Shown: piece by piece, positions 24,250 through 36,914 of the stretch
Numbering within the stretch: the stretch's first letter is position 1
Layout: the number at the start of each line of letters is the position of its first letter
NCBI GenBank assembly: GCA_973895155.1
Contig: OZ316897.1
Location: 3,814,211 to 3,878,210 of the forward strand
DNA length: 64,000 nucleotides
Reading direction: 5' to 3'
Origin: Marsupella aquatica
Lineage: Eukaryota; Plantae; Marchantiophyta
Notes under the pieces: model-generated
What the model saw: the letters and a program-made list of their open reading frames with translations, nothing else
Databases searched by the model: none
What the model was told of the DNA's origin: nothing
Position numbers and translations under genes: made by a program

Positions 24250-27200
24250 CAGCAAGCCCAATCCTAGCCCCAGCCCCCTCTTGACCCAGTTAGCTCTACC
24301 CCTCCTTCCTTGGAGGCTTCCGAGCAGGCATGGAGTTGGGTTCGCTCTCTAGACCCCCTTCCAGCCTACCATCCAGGGTACATTAGACCTCGCCTTTATA
24401 ACCACATCCCACTAGCGTTGCGCCCATTAGTTCGGTCATCCTTGTTGCAACTCATGCAGCTTATCTTGGCGCATCCTATCGAGGTCTCCTATTGGTCTTT
24501 ACTCATGCTTTTTCCACAGTGGACTCTTACCCTCCCTAGTCACGGTGGTCGCGTGGGTCATCGTGAGACTGCCTCTCGTATCCATCGTTTTTTGCGGGGA
24601 GATTGGGAACAGCTTCAGGAAGAGTACTTTCTTCGAGCCCGTTCCTTTACTACCCGTGCTTTGTCTGACCCAGCTCGCCACTCTCATCCTCCAGAGCACA
24701 GACGCCTTCGTCGCTCTTGTCGTTTGGCCCAGGCTGGTGAATATCGTCGTGCGGTCCAGGCCCTTTCTCCCACCACACCAGCCCCCCCTGGCGAGGTCAC
24801 CTTGACGGCCCTTCAGGATCTCCATCCGCAGCCCTATGATCAGCTCCCTTTGTTCGTGGAAGATTTTGAGCCTGAGGAGGATCTTCAGTTTAGTAGGGAC
24901 CACTTCACCTATGTTTTCCTCCATGCTCCGCGTTGCGCGGCTGGTGGCCCCTCTGGCTATGTCTTTGAGCATTTTCGTGATTTATTCCCCCCTGAGGATC
25001 CTCAATCTGGTTTTCCAGTTTTCTTCTCCTTTTGCCAGTGTATTGCTGCCGGCCGTTTGCCTCCTCCTGTCTCTCGGCTTTTGAGTGCTTCTCGTTTATT
25101 GGCCATGGCTAAGTCTTCACCGGGTGTTCGGCCCATAGCTATTGGAGAGGTTTTTCTTCGTCTGGTGTCTCGTGCACTTTCATCGCAGTATCGCTCTGCA
25201 CTATCGGATCATCTCTCTCCACATCAGTTTGCAGTGGGCGTTCTTGGCGGTTGTGAGACAGTTATTGCGGGTATTCGTACTACCTTGGACCTCCACCCTG
25301 ATTGGGTTGTCCTCCAGGTTGATGTCTCCAATGCTTTCAATACGGTTTCTCGGGCAGCAATTTTTTGTGCTTTGAGGGTAGCGGATCCAGACATCCAGTT
25401 CCTTATCCCCTTTGTCCGTTGTTTTTATGGGTTCGAGGCCCCCCTCTTCTATAGTCATCACACCTCTACAGGAGTGTATACCACTCTTTCTTCTGCAGAA
25501 GGTACACGTCAGGGTGACCCTTTGGGTGGGCCTCTTTTTGCCATTGCCCATTTTACTGCTTTACGAGAAGCCTCCGCGGCCCACCCCCAGTGTATCTTCC
25601 CCTCCCTTTCAGATGACACCCACATCATTGGTCCACCTGTTGCTGTTACTTCTGCCCTCGCCACCCTTTCCACCCATTTGTTGGGCCTCGGTTTACGAGT
25701 TCAGCCGGTGAAGAGTCGTGCATGGAGTCCAGTTGGGTTACCCTCTGATCTTGCGCTTCCCCCTGGGTTCTTACGTCCTGCCGACGGTCTTCGGGTCCTT
25801 GGCTCCCTAGTCGGTACCGCCTCCTTTTGCTCATCTTTCATTGCTGACGCTCTCCATGCTGCCTTAGCCCCTACTCCTATGCTCCCTAAGTTAGCAGACT
25901 CTCAGGCAGCATTTGGGTTGTTGTTGAGATGCATCCACCCTTGTGCGTCCTATTTGGCTCGGACACATCCCCCTACCGAGGATCTTTATCTACACCTCCG
26001 AGCGTTTGATGTCTCCATTCGTGAGACTTTGGCCTCTCTTTTAGGGCCAGGTACTTTACTCTCATCTCCGTGGCTTCATCGACAACTCAGTCTTCCTATT
26101 TCTCATGGTGGTTTTGGGCTTATTTCCACTGAGCGCCTTGCACCTTTGGCCTTCTTGGGCGCGTGGGCGGCCGCCTTCTCATTGTTGGCTGATCGTTTCC
26201 TTACTGAGGATTGACCTTTTTTACTTTCATCTCTCATGGAGGTCGAGGAGGGTTCCCTCCCATTTCAGGTTCATTTGCGCACGGCGCGGTCATCATTACC
26301 CGATCCTGTTCGAGCTGCGTTACCTTCATTCCAGGAGTTTTTATCCTTGGACCCCGTCCGTCTTCAGGCAGACCTTGCTGGGCGTATGCACGCTTTCACC
26401 CTTTCCAGCATCCTCACCGAGGCACCTGACACGGACCGAGCTCGGATTCTTTCTTCCGGAGGGAAGGGCGCAGGAGGCTGGCTTCAGGCCAATCCAGTCA
26501 TTCCTCACCTGCGGATGTCTTCAGCGGAGTTTGCGACAGCCATGCGTCTTTGTATGGGCTTGCCCCACCCACTTCTTGTTGGTTTACCTCCTACTTGCAC
26601 TTGTGGGAAGCCTTGTGATGCCATAGGTGTCCATCTTCTTCGATGCAGTTTGGGCGGCGAAACCATTTTTGTTCACGACGCTGTGAGAGATGCGACTGCT
26701 CAAGTTCTCTCTGGCTCTTTGGTCTGCGCGCGGCGGGAGGTGGTGCTCGAGTTACCTGGTCCTCCATCACAGCGGTTACGGGTGGATCTTACCATGGTCC
26801 GTGACGGTCACTGTACTTTGGCAGATGTAGTGGTGGCAAACCCATTGCGCCAAGACATCATTGGGACAGCGGCAACAACGGCAGGGGCAACAGCATCACG
26901 AGCAGCAACAACGAAGGAGGCCAAATATGCTGCACGAGCTTCATCTGATAGCTTCCTACCCCTTGCTCTTGAGATATTTGGGCGTCTCCATCATCAGTTC
27001 GACGGGCTTCTTCGCCAAGCTGCTCGGGATGTTCACGGCCGGATGGGTCCCACCGGGCCCCCGCTATCTGTTTTGACCACGCACTTTCGCCAACGCATTT
27101 CAGTCACCTTACAGCGTGCTCAAGCTCGGGCCGTCTATCGTCGATCTCTGACAGTGGGTGCTAGTGTGACTCCGCAGCGGCTAGCCCCCCTAGAGGACAT

Positions 27201-27490
27201 TCCTGTCCCACTTGCCGATCTAGTTTCGACACTTGATGTAGACCACTAGCTTGTTGCCACATTTGCTAGGTATGATGAGGACCTCGGTCCATTTGCGGTA
27301 GTTTTAGTTCCTCTTTCTTGGTTTTTAGGGGTTTCCTTTTGCTCACTTCTTTTAGTTCCTCTTTCTTGGTTTTTAGGGTTTCCTTTTGCTCACTTCTTTT
27401 GCGTTTGGTTTTGTCCACTTGGGACCTCTCTTGTTTTTTCTTTTGTACTCTATTTGGCCTTTTTCTGTATTAAGTATGTGTTTATTCACT
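24250..27490 (+). mobile_element. CRE-like non-LTR retrotransposon with restriction-like endonuclease (RLE); 5'-truncated, one in-frame stop
   Basis: RT motifs AAGGPSG, VRPIAIGEVFLRLVSRAL, QFAVGVLGGCE, DVSNAFNTVSR, GTRQGDPLGGPLF, LSDDTHIIG, GLRVLG, LPISHGGFGL. The ORF at 26236 is in the same frame after TGA 26212-26214 and encodes CTCGKPCDAIGVHLLRC, HDAVRD, RVDL..ADVVV..KEAKY and FLPLALEIFG. A T-rich 3' UTR contains a ~47-bp tandem duplication. Confidence 0.9.
24310..27249 (+). pseudogene. RT-zinc knuckle-RLE polyprotein of the CRE-like element (~980 codons, interrupted by one TGA)
   Basis: ORFs 24310-26214 and 26236-27249 share a frame (7 sense codons lie between the stop and the next ATG). 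There is no 5' ATG and no N-terminal zinc finger. Confidence 0.87.
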
Positions 27491-30400
27491 TTAAGTACTA
27501 GTAACTCTTGAATTGTGAGAGCATTATGATTGGGCAGTAATAGCCCCTCAAAACTCCAGCGAAAGCCCATATTTTAGCCGGAGAATGGGCTGACCAGGGA
27601 TTCTACTATATACCTAATTGATGCCTGGTCAAGATCTGGATAAACTATTTAGAAAGATTCTCCTCTGAATTACTAAGATTAGTAAATAAAAATCTCTTAG
27701 GGCTTAATGTGCATTTAGGTCCAATTTCTAGAGCATTATGGGAAATTTTAGCTCCTAATATGTGAGCTGAAGCTCTCTTGCACCATGGAACATTACATCC
27801 CACAATGCCTTGTAAACAGGACACTAGTATATCACCCTTCTTGGAGAAGAATGCACGCTCAACTGTATTTATGAAGATTCTCACATACTCTTAAAATTTG
27901 TAAAAATGAAACAGCTTTTCGCTATATTGTCACTAAAGATGTTCTAATTTACAATAGTGTTTGTTGTATAAATTACAACAAATATGCCACGGTTTCCGTA
28001 TCTTCTTACACTGGTTACTTTGTTAAATTTGTAGTCTTTATACAAACTTGGCAAAAAATACCAAAAAAACCATGGCAGTATATTAATTTGAACATATTTA
28101 GTGCCAAAGAAATTAAAAGTTGAAAAATAAAGATCTCTTAGATTTTTAGTTTATTTAGGTCTTGTTACAAGCTTTATGGGTAACATATATAGCCCCTAAA
28201 AACCTGACAAGAAGCAATGGGCTGCAATTATTGTGATGTTACCTTCATCTCCTCAAGTTACTTTTTCTCATTGACATTTTTTATATGTATATGTCTTCAA
28301 TTTGCCTTAGACATGGTGCGTCTTTAGTATTATTGGAATTTAATTTGAAATTGATTTTCCCCTATTAAGGTTTTTTGATTTTTTCTCGAATAGTTTTAGT
28401 AGACACCCTCTTTAGGCTTGCAGTTATTTTTCGTCCTTGCCCATCCTTTGTTAGCATATATTACTTTTATCCTTTATTGAATTGATATTTCAGACACTAG
28501 GCATAACTAAACACAAAGCTCCGTCTTCCCAAATAGTGTGTGAAACCCAAGGACTCTGAGAAACAAAGACTAGGTAATGCCAGCTCCTCCCTTATAACTA
28601 CTACTCAGAGTTTTGTCTATTATGATAAGTAATTGGAGTGACATGTCCCTACCCATTCTAATTAATAAAGTACTTATGACATAAACATGAAAGGCCCACC
28701 ACTGTTTTAAGCCTATTCACAATAATAATTTAGAAGCTAAACAACTACTGTATCTACCAGAAAAATGACATATTCATGGGGATAATCTGAGTGGGGCCAA
28801 CACTTTGAAAGGCCATGAGCAGTGAGGAGAGGCTTTAGGTACCAAATGATCCAAAACTAATTAACTCTTTAATCAAGGTGATTTCATAAATAATTCATCC
28901 AAAGTCTAAAAAGGGACAGCCATCCAAAATTAATCTGTGAACCCCCATGTTATTTTAGAGGCAGTTATCTAGAATCTGAAGCCTAGAGGGACCCCCAAAT
29001 CTAAAGAAAAAAATTTCAAAAATGGACAGGTCAATGTTTGACACTTGAAATAGTTGCCAAACTTACCAAGGCAACCATAATTAACATCAATCACAAAACC
29101 AACCGCAATGTGAACTACTATTTAATGTGTGGGTACCTTAATTGCCCACTTCAGCAAAATGGTGCTCGACGGTCTCCTCCACAGTACCGAAGGGATGTTG
29201 GATGCACGATGTTTGATGCACTCAAGTTACATCAAAAGTAATCACTTTTCAATTCCTACACGCAGAAAACAAAGAGAGAGAAGTCATCGGTGTCATCAAA
29301 TCACTAACTTCGCATAATCGTTTAAGACCAAAAGTTTCATGGAAACAATCTCCGATTGTGGAATTTGGAATCGATCAAAAGCTAGAGAAATTTAGAAACT
29401 CATGATCACTTTAGTACTTGATAAAATCTCCCAATGTTACACTCGTTGGAAAGCTAGAGAACATTGAAAACTTATAATCTCCTCAGAATTTAACTAAATC
29501 TATCAATGTTAAGTTCATTAAATAGCAAAAAACTTCTAAAATTCATAATCTCCTTAGTATTAGATTATATCTGTCAATTTTAGGTTCATTCTCATGAGAG
29601 GGGTCAACATTTTAGGGATTGTACTTACAACATAGATTTCTATTCACGTTAGAGATTATGAAATCACAAGTAAAATTTGTTTTTCAAATTACTTACTCAA
29701 TTCTTACCAAATGATGACAATGTTGAGCTCATCAGGACAGTCTCTTCAAGATCTTTCTAACTCCATACTATACGTGAGTTTTCATTGTGATTTGACTCAG
29801 CAATGTCAAATCAAAAATTATTACTAGGAAAATTTTATGTTTTGAATAAAATCAAAATGTAAATAAAACCGGTTACGTACTGGGGTTAGTTTTACCTCAA
29901 TCTTCTTGGCTTTTGATTTGCATGTCAGTTTTTTTTATATTCTTTTTTACAAAATGGGGTCCCAGTTTTTATAGCAAACTTGTCACAAACACAAATGCAG
30001 AAGTTAATTTTATCCGAAAACAAGTTTCTTCTTGTTTACAATATGCCATGATGATGTGGCATGCTGTGGATCCAAGAATTTTGCAAAGTATCCCTAATGG
30101 GGGTCTGTAACTAATTAATTATTGCTTAAAGGTGATTCATAAACGGGTTCATAAATAATTCATCCAAAGTGTTAAAAGGGATGATTAATCATTATTCTTA
30201 TCATCAGAATCTTTTAAATGGGGAACATTACATTACAGGCTACTTTGCCTTTGTTTTGGGATTCTCACACCTTTGGTTAGGTTAAAGAAATTTGTCTTAC
30301 TTGACACCTTTGGTTAGGTTAAAGAAATTTGTCTTACTTAGCTTATCTGAATACGATGGTTCTAAAACCTTTTTGTACCAATTTGGGGAAGGTTTCTTAA

Positions 30401-32564
30401 AAGTTGGAGTAACATTTATCTTAAAGTTGGAGTTACATTTATGTGGTTTCGGGGGCATTATATCCAAGAATGCCCTGACCAGTTTACTACATACATCGTG
30501 GAGTATCGTGGAGTTTTGAGAACTTCTAACACCTTACTTTACATTTGAGTGGGAAAATTACACTAAATTAACGCATCGATGAGAGAGAGTTTAAAGTTTG
30601 GATGGAGTAATGAGTGTAAGAGATGAGTGTCGTTGGCTTGATTCAGGTTTGGCTGGAGAATCAGTTTAGCAATTTACTCGGTGAAAACCTCGAATTGCAC
30701 CCGATCATGGAGCGGGCTGAGATTACACTCTTCAGACTGTGTGAGTACTGAAGTCAGTCTCACTACGACAATCTTCGAAAAAAACTGAGTATAATTCAAC
30801 GTTCACACCTGGCGTTCACACTTGATTCTTCACTGCTCTCAGCATTTTAATTCCAGAAAACTATCGAAACGGCTCGGCGAAAAGAATGCAAGGATATATG
30901 ATCTAGAACGTCTGATTGTCTCGGCAATTGTACATTACCTGATAAACTAAGATCGGAATGCCAAACTAAGATCGGAATGCCGTTTAGTTGTTACAGTAAT
31001 TACAGAAAGCAAGGTGCGAGCTGTACAATCGTCGCCCAAGATGAAAGAACAGTGCATATTTATTCAACATCGAATAGCATCGTACTTTGACAAAAGCCTG
31101 ACTGAAGCGCTGTGATACACTGACAGTGAAACCCTGAACGCGCAGGTAATATCCTTCTCAAACAGCACGAAGCGACCTTCAACATTTATTTCAATGCTTG
31201 ATTCTCGCTCTAGACGATCCCGTCCTAAATCATAAAATAATGATTATTATCAAATATGTTGGATCCGACCTAAGCTATTCTAGACTTATAAGCTGTGAAA
31301 GCTGGTCGTCACGTCCGACGTATGTATCTATTCATATGCAAAACCGTTCATGAACATTCATTTCTCGTGCTCCCTAGTACGTAATTGATTGGGTAGCTGC
31401 ATTCCATAGAATTCCATTAGGTGAAGGTACACTGCAGTAGAGCCGCGTGTACCCATCTTCTCCCGAGCTCGCGCGTGCCCCATCCAGTAGGCGCCTCTTG
31501 ACGAGGTGGTATCGTAACCCACTGCTACAACTATTGAATTCAGGACGTAAATGTCGCTGACTTTTAGATCTTGACCGGCCTGGCTCCCGTTGGAAATGGT
31601 CAGTGGGCTGCTCGGTCGAATTTGGCAAGCATTGCATGGGACTTATTTGGCTGGTTTCGACTCTGATCTGGCCTTCTCACAGCCAGTCGTTCTGAGCTTA
31701 TTCCTCCGTCTTCTGAGGGAGTGTCGGCTGATCTCTCCCAGTACTTATTTAAAAGCTCTCAGTTGAGTACATATATGGGAAAATTTCTAGAACAACTGCA
31801 TGGTCGAGCTTCGTTCCACAAGCTCCTGAGAAAACTCCCTGAAACGGTTAAACCACAACTGCCCATGGTTGATCGAGCTTCGTTCCACGAGCTACCGAGA
31901 ACACTTCCTGAAACGGTTAAAAAGCCCAAGCCGAGAATCTAAGACCAATATACTGTCACGAGAATCATGGTCATATGAGAAATTTGAACTCAGAAAGAAT
32001 AGATGCCCAGCAGCACCAATCTTAACAGGCTTTGAACGCATCTCATGAGACAACAGAATGTGAAATGCGATACATCAATAAATAACGTTTAAGCTCGTCA
32101 TCACAATTGTGTACATTGCGAAGCTCATGCTCTCTTGTCGTTTATCCTCTTTCTCGATCTTCTGTTTAGTCTCATTTTCGATCTTCTGTATAGAGTGACG
32201 CCTGTACAGAAGCGCATCTCCACGTGTTTTTCTATTAGCATTTTAATTAGTTTTTCCCGCGTCTTTTATAGGGATAAATTTTGATGTGCTGCTCACATCT
32301 ACATGTACACTGTTGGCTCTCTCTAAGTGCAAAATACATGTACAAAACCTGGCTAAATGTAAGGTATCCTGTTCTTCTCTTTTATTTTACTTGGAGCTTG
32401 CACTTGTTTGCACCTTTTAAAAGTGCAAATAGGCTTGGAATATTTTCACTAAATGACAACTTTATAGTGCAAGACCCTTGATAACTGTACATTGCAATTA
32501 TCAGTAATCCATCAAATTGCATTTACTGATAAGTGCATTGCCCATTTTTTGAAGAGTAAAGACG

Positions 32565-32716
32565 CACTTATGGAATAGTGCTCCAAATATAGGGGTGGGA
32601 TGTAGCAGTTGTGTTACAAGGAGTCACGAGGCTGCCTCACTTATGGAATAGTGCTCCAAATATAGGGGTGGGTTGTAGCAGTTGTGTTACAAGGAGTCAC
32701 GAGGCTGCCTCACTTA
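32565..32716. repeat. Tandem duplication, 73-bp unit x2
   Basis: cacttatggaatagtgctccaaatataggggtggg(a/t)tgtagcag...gaggctgcct occurs twice with one mismatch. Confidence 0.9.
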
Positions 32717-34373
32717 ACTTAGGATGTAAATCATGTAAACTCATCGATAAGTGCTACTTTTAGGGGTTTGCTGTTTGCATTTATCAATTAGTTCAAACCC
32801 TAGATTAGTGCACACTGGATCCGTCTTCTCAACAGTGTGCATTTTTGGGAGAGTTTACTGTACCTGTCAATTAAACGAAACTGGTATGCATTATCATTTC
32901 TCATTTTTCACAAAAGAGTTCTTTCAGTTTCTCAATTATAGGTTATGGGCCCGTTTAATTAAGCATTTCGATTTTCGCTTGCAATTCATTTCAGCCATCC
33001 GTAAGGTGATTTTTTGTCACTTTTGAGCACTTTCTTGCTGAACCTTGCAGACTTTTTGATAGGATTTTGAACCTATAGGTTGAGTCACATTTTTCTATCA
33101 TCGACGTCTAATTTCTTAGGAGACTACATCCATTTAGTTCCACAGCTACTGTAGGTAAGCTACACTTCCATCATAGTGACACTTTCGGGTTTAGGGTACA
33201 CTTCCATCATAGTGACAATTTAGGGTTTAAAGTTCATCATGGAATGTAGAAGGTAAATTCTAGTAGATTAATTTTCCTTGTGTTAATCTGAAATATTAGG
33301 GCTTCTGTGTTTTTCCTTGAAATAGGGCTTGTGTTTTTTTATGTCTCTTTCTCTCTAACTGCCATGCTGGCTTGAGCCATGGTTAGCATTAAGACAACTC
33401 GCAACCTTCCCCAACAGTCCTGGATTCACCAGTGTAATAAATCTATGTGAGCTTGATTATTGTAATTCTCTGAAGACATGCCACTTTGAGCTCCACTCAA
33501 AGCAAGATCAGAAGGTTACGTCCCATATATTTGCATTTCCCATGAACTTCACTCAACGGCTCAGCAAAAGATTTTGTTGGTTCCTTTTTTCCCCAACTAG
33601 CTAGAGCTTTGTTTAAAGCTTGACACACAATACAATTTTGTACAATTGTTTTAATTTTTCACTCAATTCTTCCATCTCCAAAAATAGTCAAATTCTAGAG
33701 ACAATAAAACATTTGTTGACAATCTGGAACATGTATCTATGTCGGACTGAACACAGGATGGATGGATAATTTTGGGCAAAGCATTGAATAGAAAGTAAAA
33801 CACTTTAGATGCTTCATTTTGCAGGAGAAACCAAAATAGAAGAACGAGTGGAGGATCAACTGAAGATTGATGATTCAGAAATTGAGAATTGAGAAAGAGC
33901 AAATATTTGCCTTGATTGAGGCCATCCTAGCTGTGAGTATTGCGAAAGAGCAAATATTTGCATTGATTGAAACATAGTCTTGGGTTTATCCGAAACTATT
34001 GCAAACGAAGATAGTTGACTCTCATCGAGGATGGAGAGATGAGTTTAGAGATCTGCACCCTTTCAAATTTCAAATTGCTCTGTACCTTCTCGGCCTCATT
34101 TAGGATCGAGAGGTGAGTTTAGAGATGTGCACCCTTTCAAATTGCTCTCTAAGGTTCTAGGGAGCAATGCATTGGCGAGTAGTAATACTCTCATACCTGA
34201 TCCTCTCTCTGTCTATCTCGATCTGCTTTTACTTTTTCTCCTCGCTGTGCGTAGTGGCCCTTGTTTCCTCCTACTTGAGTCTTGCTAAGCAAAATAGCTA
34301 GTGGGTCCACAAACTAATTCTGTGATGCTCATCGAGAGGAGAAGCGAAGAGAAATAAAGAGATTCATAATGGC

Positions 34374-34752
34374 CTTCAAAGAGAGAGAGGATTGACAAGT
34401 GATGGCCTGATAGATCGAGTGAGGAATTGCTGCTGCTCACTCGCCTGCGCAAATTGGCGAGCTGGAGGACCCACCTCTGAATCCCGCATTCCATAGTAGT
34501 CTTCAAAGAGAAAGAGGATAGACAAGTGATGGCCTGATTGCTCGAGTGATGACTTCCTGCTGTTCACTCGCCGGCGCAAATTGGCGAGCTGGAGGGCCCA
34601 GCTCTGAATCCCGAATTCCATAGTGGTCTTCAAAGAGAGAGAGGATAGACAAGTGATGGCCTGATTGCTCGAGTGATGAATTGCTGCCGCTCACTCGCCG
34701 GTGGGTCATCCGCAAATTGGCGAGCTGGAGGACCCAGCAGCTCTAAATCCCG
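34374..34752. repeat. Tandem array, 127-bp unit x3
   Basis: Units start cttcaaagaga at 34374, 34501 and 34628 and share gacaagtgatggcctgat...gcaaattggcgagctggagg. Confidence 0.9.
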
Positions 34753-35318
34753 TTCCGAGTTTCCGTTGTCCAGGCAGCAGGTGCTTCTAGGGAGGAATGG
34801 GAGAAGCTGCGACCTTAGCTCAGGTCTGTCGTTCTTGTTCTCTGCAAGAAGGAGGAGCAGCCCTTTGACAGGTGCCAGAGAGCCTAGAGTCCTTCAGTTG
34901 CGATGCAGGCTTCTCGGACCAGCTTCAGCAGATCTGAATAGGGGAAAATTTAGGATGAGGTTGCTCTGATGAATGGCACCGATCTAGAGCTTCGCATATC
35001 CACTTCCTTCCTGGACCCTGGGGTCCTCAGAACTCTCATCTCTGCAGAGTAAGTACTAGACGCATTGCAACTATACCCACTGGGTCATGGGCGGTAGTAT
35101 CTCGACAGTTCTTGAACCCCTTGCTTGGATCCTCATCGCGTGTGATACTAATTTACCTAAACTTAGCAGCAATGTCCATTGTTAGGTTGAATCACTATAC
35201 TTTCATGTAAGCCAAGTCTGACGTCTTTGCAGTAACTAGCCTGATATTGTCAGCATGTATCGTTGAAGCTAGATCAAGCCATTTGTGTTATAGTTTATTG
35301 TTAGGAAGTACTTCTCAG

Positions 35319-36914
35319 CTCGGTGAAAAGTATCGGGGTAAACAAGGAATCCAAAACCTCGTTTGAGCTCCCATTCCCGAGTGTCTGATTCAGTGAAGTC
35401 CAAGATCAGCTGGCACGGTGCCGATGCTTCCATGGTGAGCATTGACAGAATTTGGCAACAATGCTACATTCCTGCATGCTTCAGTTGTTCATACTGAGAT
35501 CTCTCTCAGAAAACTATATGGAGCCTAGTGCTATTACCTGCTTAGGGCTATGGAAATATTCCGGAATTTTCGTCTCGAAGCTTGTCAGTCCATTTCGTGA
35601 TGTGTCAAAGTTTACTACATTGCACTTGTGATATCATTCTCCATGGACAGCACCCTTGGGCAGAGAGCTCTTGTCTATAATTGTTATCTTTGTGGATACA
35701 GAATCATCTCATTTGTACACCTACCTTGGTCTTTGAGTCATTGAAGTGAATGGAGTCATCATTGACCGCGTTATTCCCTTTGAAAGGAGTACGTTTGACT
35801 CATATAGTCCATTGCTCCAGGATCCAATATATTGGCTGAAAGGCTCAGATATTGTTGTCATTGATCCGCCCCGGAAAGACCTGGATGCTTTAGTTATGGA
35901 GGCATTCGAACGGCTTGATTGAGGGATCAAGGAAGGTTGAAGTCCCTATCTCCGACTGCAACTGCCAAGTATGACTCTTCCTTCCTCAGATTGGGGCTTT
36001 TTGCGCTTTGAAATCCATACTTTCAATCAACGATATTCTATGGTTGATATTGATGGTCACTTGGCTGCTCTCCCTACTGGGTAATTTGTATATAACTTTT
36101 GTCTGACTGGATGTACTGTATCTATTTGTCATCCTAATGGTCAGATGTGCTGAGAAACTTTTGAATGTTCATCCTGCAAAGGGGTGAGAAACGGCCTTTG
36201 ATAGTTTGTGCGAATCACGGAGACCTCAGGAAACTGGGATGGTGGAATGGATGATTCATGGCCTAACACGTTGATTTATGTGAGCTGTGGCTGGCAATCG
36301 TTTAAGAAGGTACAATCCCCAGAACCATGTGGTTATCCCAAAATAAGTTGTGGTCTGCATCTGGATCTGACTTTCTTGGAGTCCAACCCTTCATAGTTCA
36401 TACTAGCTGCCAAGCCATGAACACTGAGAGATAGATCGTCTCTTCGTTTGAAATTCAAGAAATATGCAGATTTAGCAATATTGAATGTCTTTAACATCAG
36501 GAGCTGTAACCTAGCTGCTTTTCGGTTATAAGAATGAGGCATACAAACTATATTCAGAACACTGGGTAGGGTGCTCGAGGATGATTTCCAGCCGCAAACT
36601 GTTTGAATGGCCTCCCTGCCCCCCAACCTCCGGTGCAAAATAAAGTGCTTGTTTTCGTCGGTCTTTTATGGTTACTGGCTTGTGTTATGATGTCGAACAG
36701 GTTCATTTCTTGTGCACGACGTGGTCAGCATTTACGCGGTGCTATGCTGTCACTCCATAGTCAGTCCAAAAATGTTTTTATGCAGGACTTTCCAGCTCGT
36801 ACAGAAAACGATCCATGGCATCTTAAAGAAGCCCGCGCTTTCAATTTTCTTCCATGGCACAGACGTCTATCCACAAGCACTAATCCTGAACCGAGATATA
36901 CATCTTTGGACTGA
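35319..36914 (+). pseudogene. 3' four-exon remnant of a TrmA/RlmD-like SAM-dependent RNA methyltransferase
   Basis: Exon remnants with splice-like edges: SVKSIGVNKESKTSFE...ISWHGADASM|gtgag; DPIYWLKGSDIVVIDPPRKDLD...RLD*; WPNTLIYVSCGWQSFKK|gtac; WHLKEARAFNF/GTD. The DPPR and IYVSC motifs are diagnostic. Stops and frameshifts are present, and no 5' exons were seen. Confidence 0.8.

Noticed and set aside
33185-33230. Telomere-like TTTAGGG motifs (also ~37755, ~38434)
   Set aside because: Only 1-2 units each, which is not an interstitial telomeric array, and they are not adjacent to the CRE-like element.
34374-34752. Repeat arrays here and at 49925-50340 as CRISPR-like
   Set aside because: They are contiguous tandem units without unique spacers, in a eukaryotic context with no cas genes.
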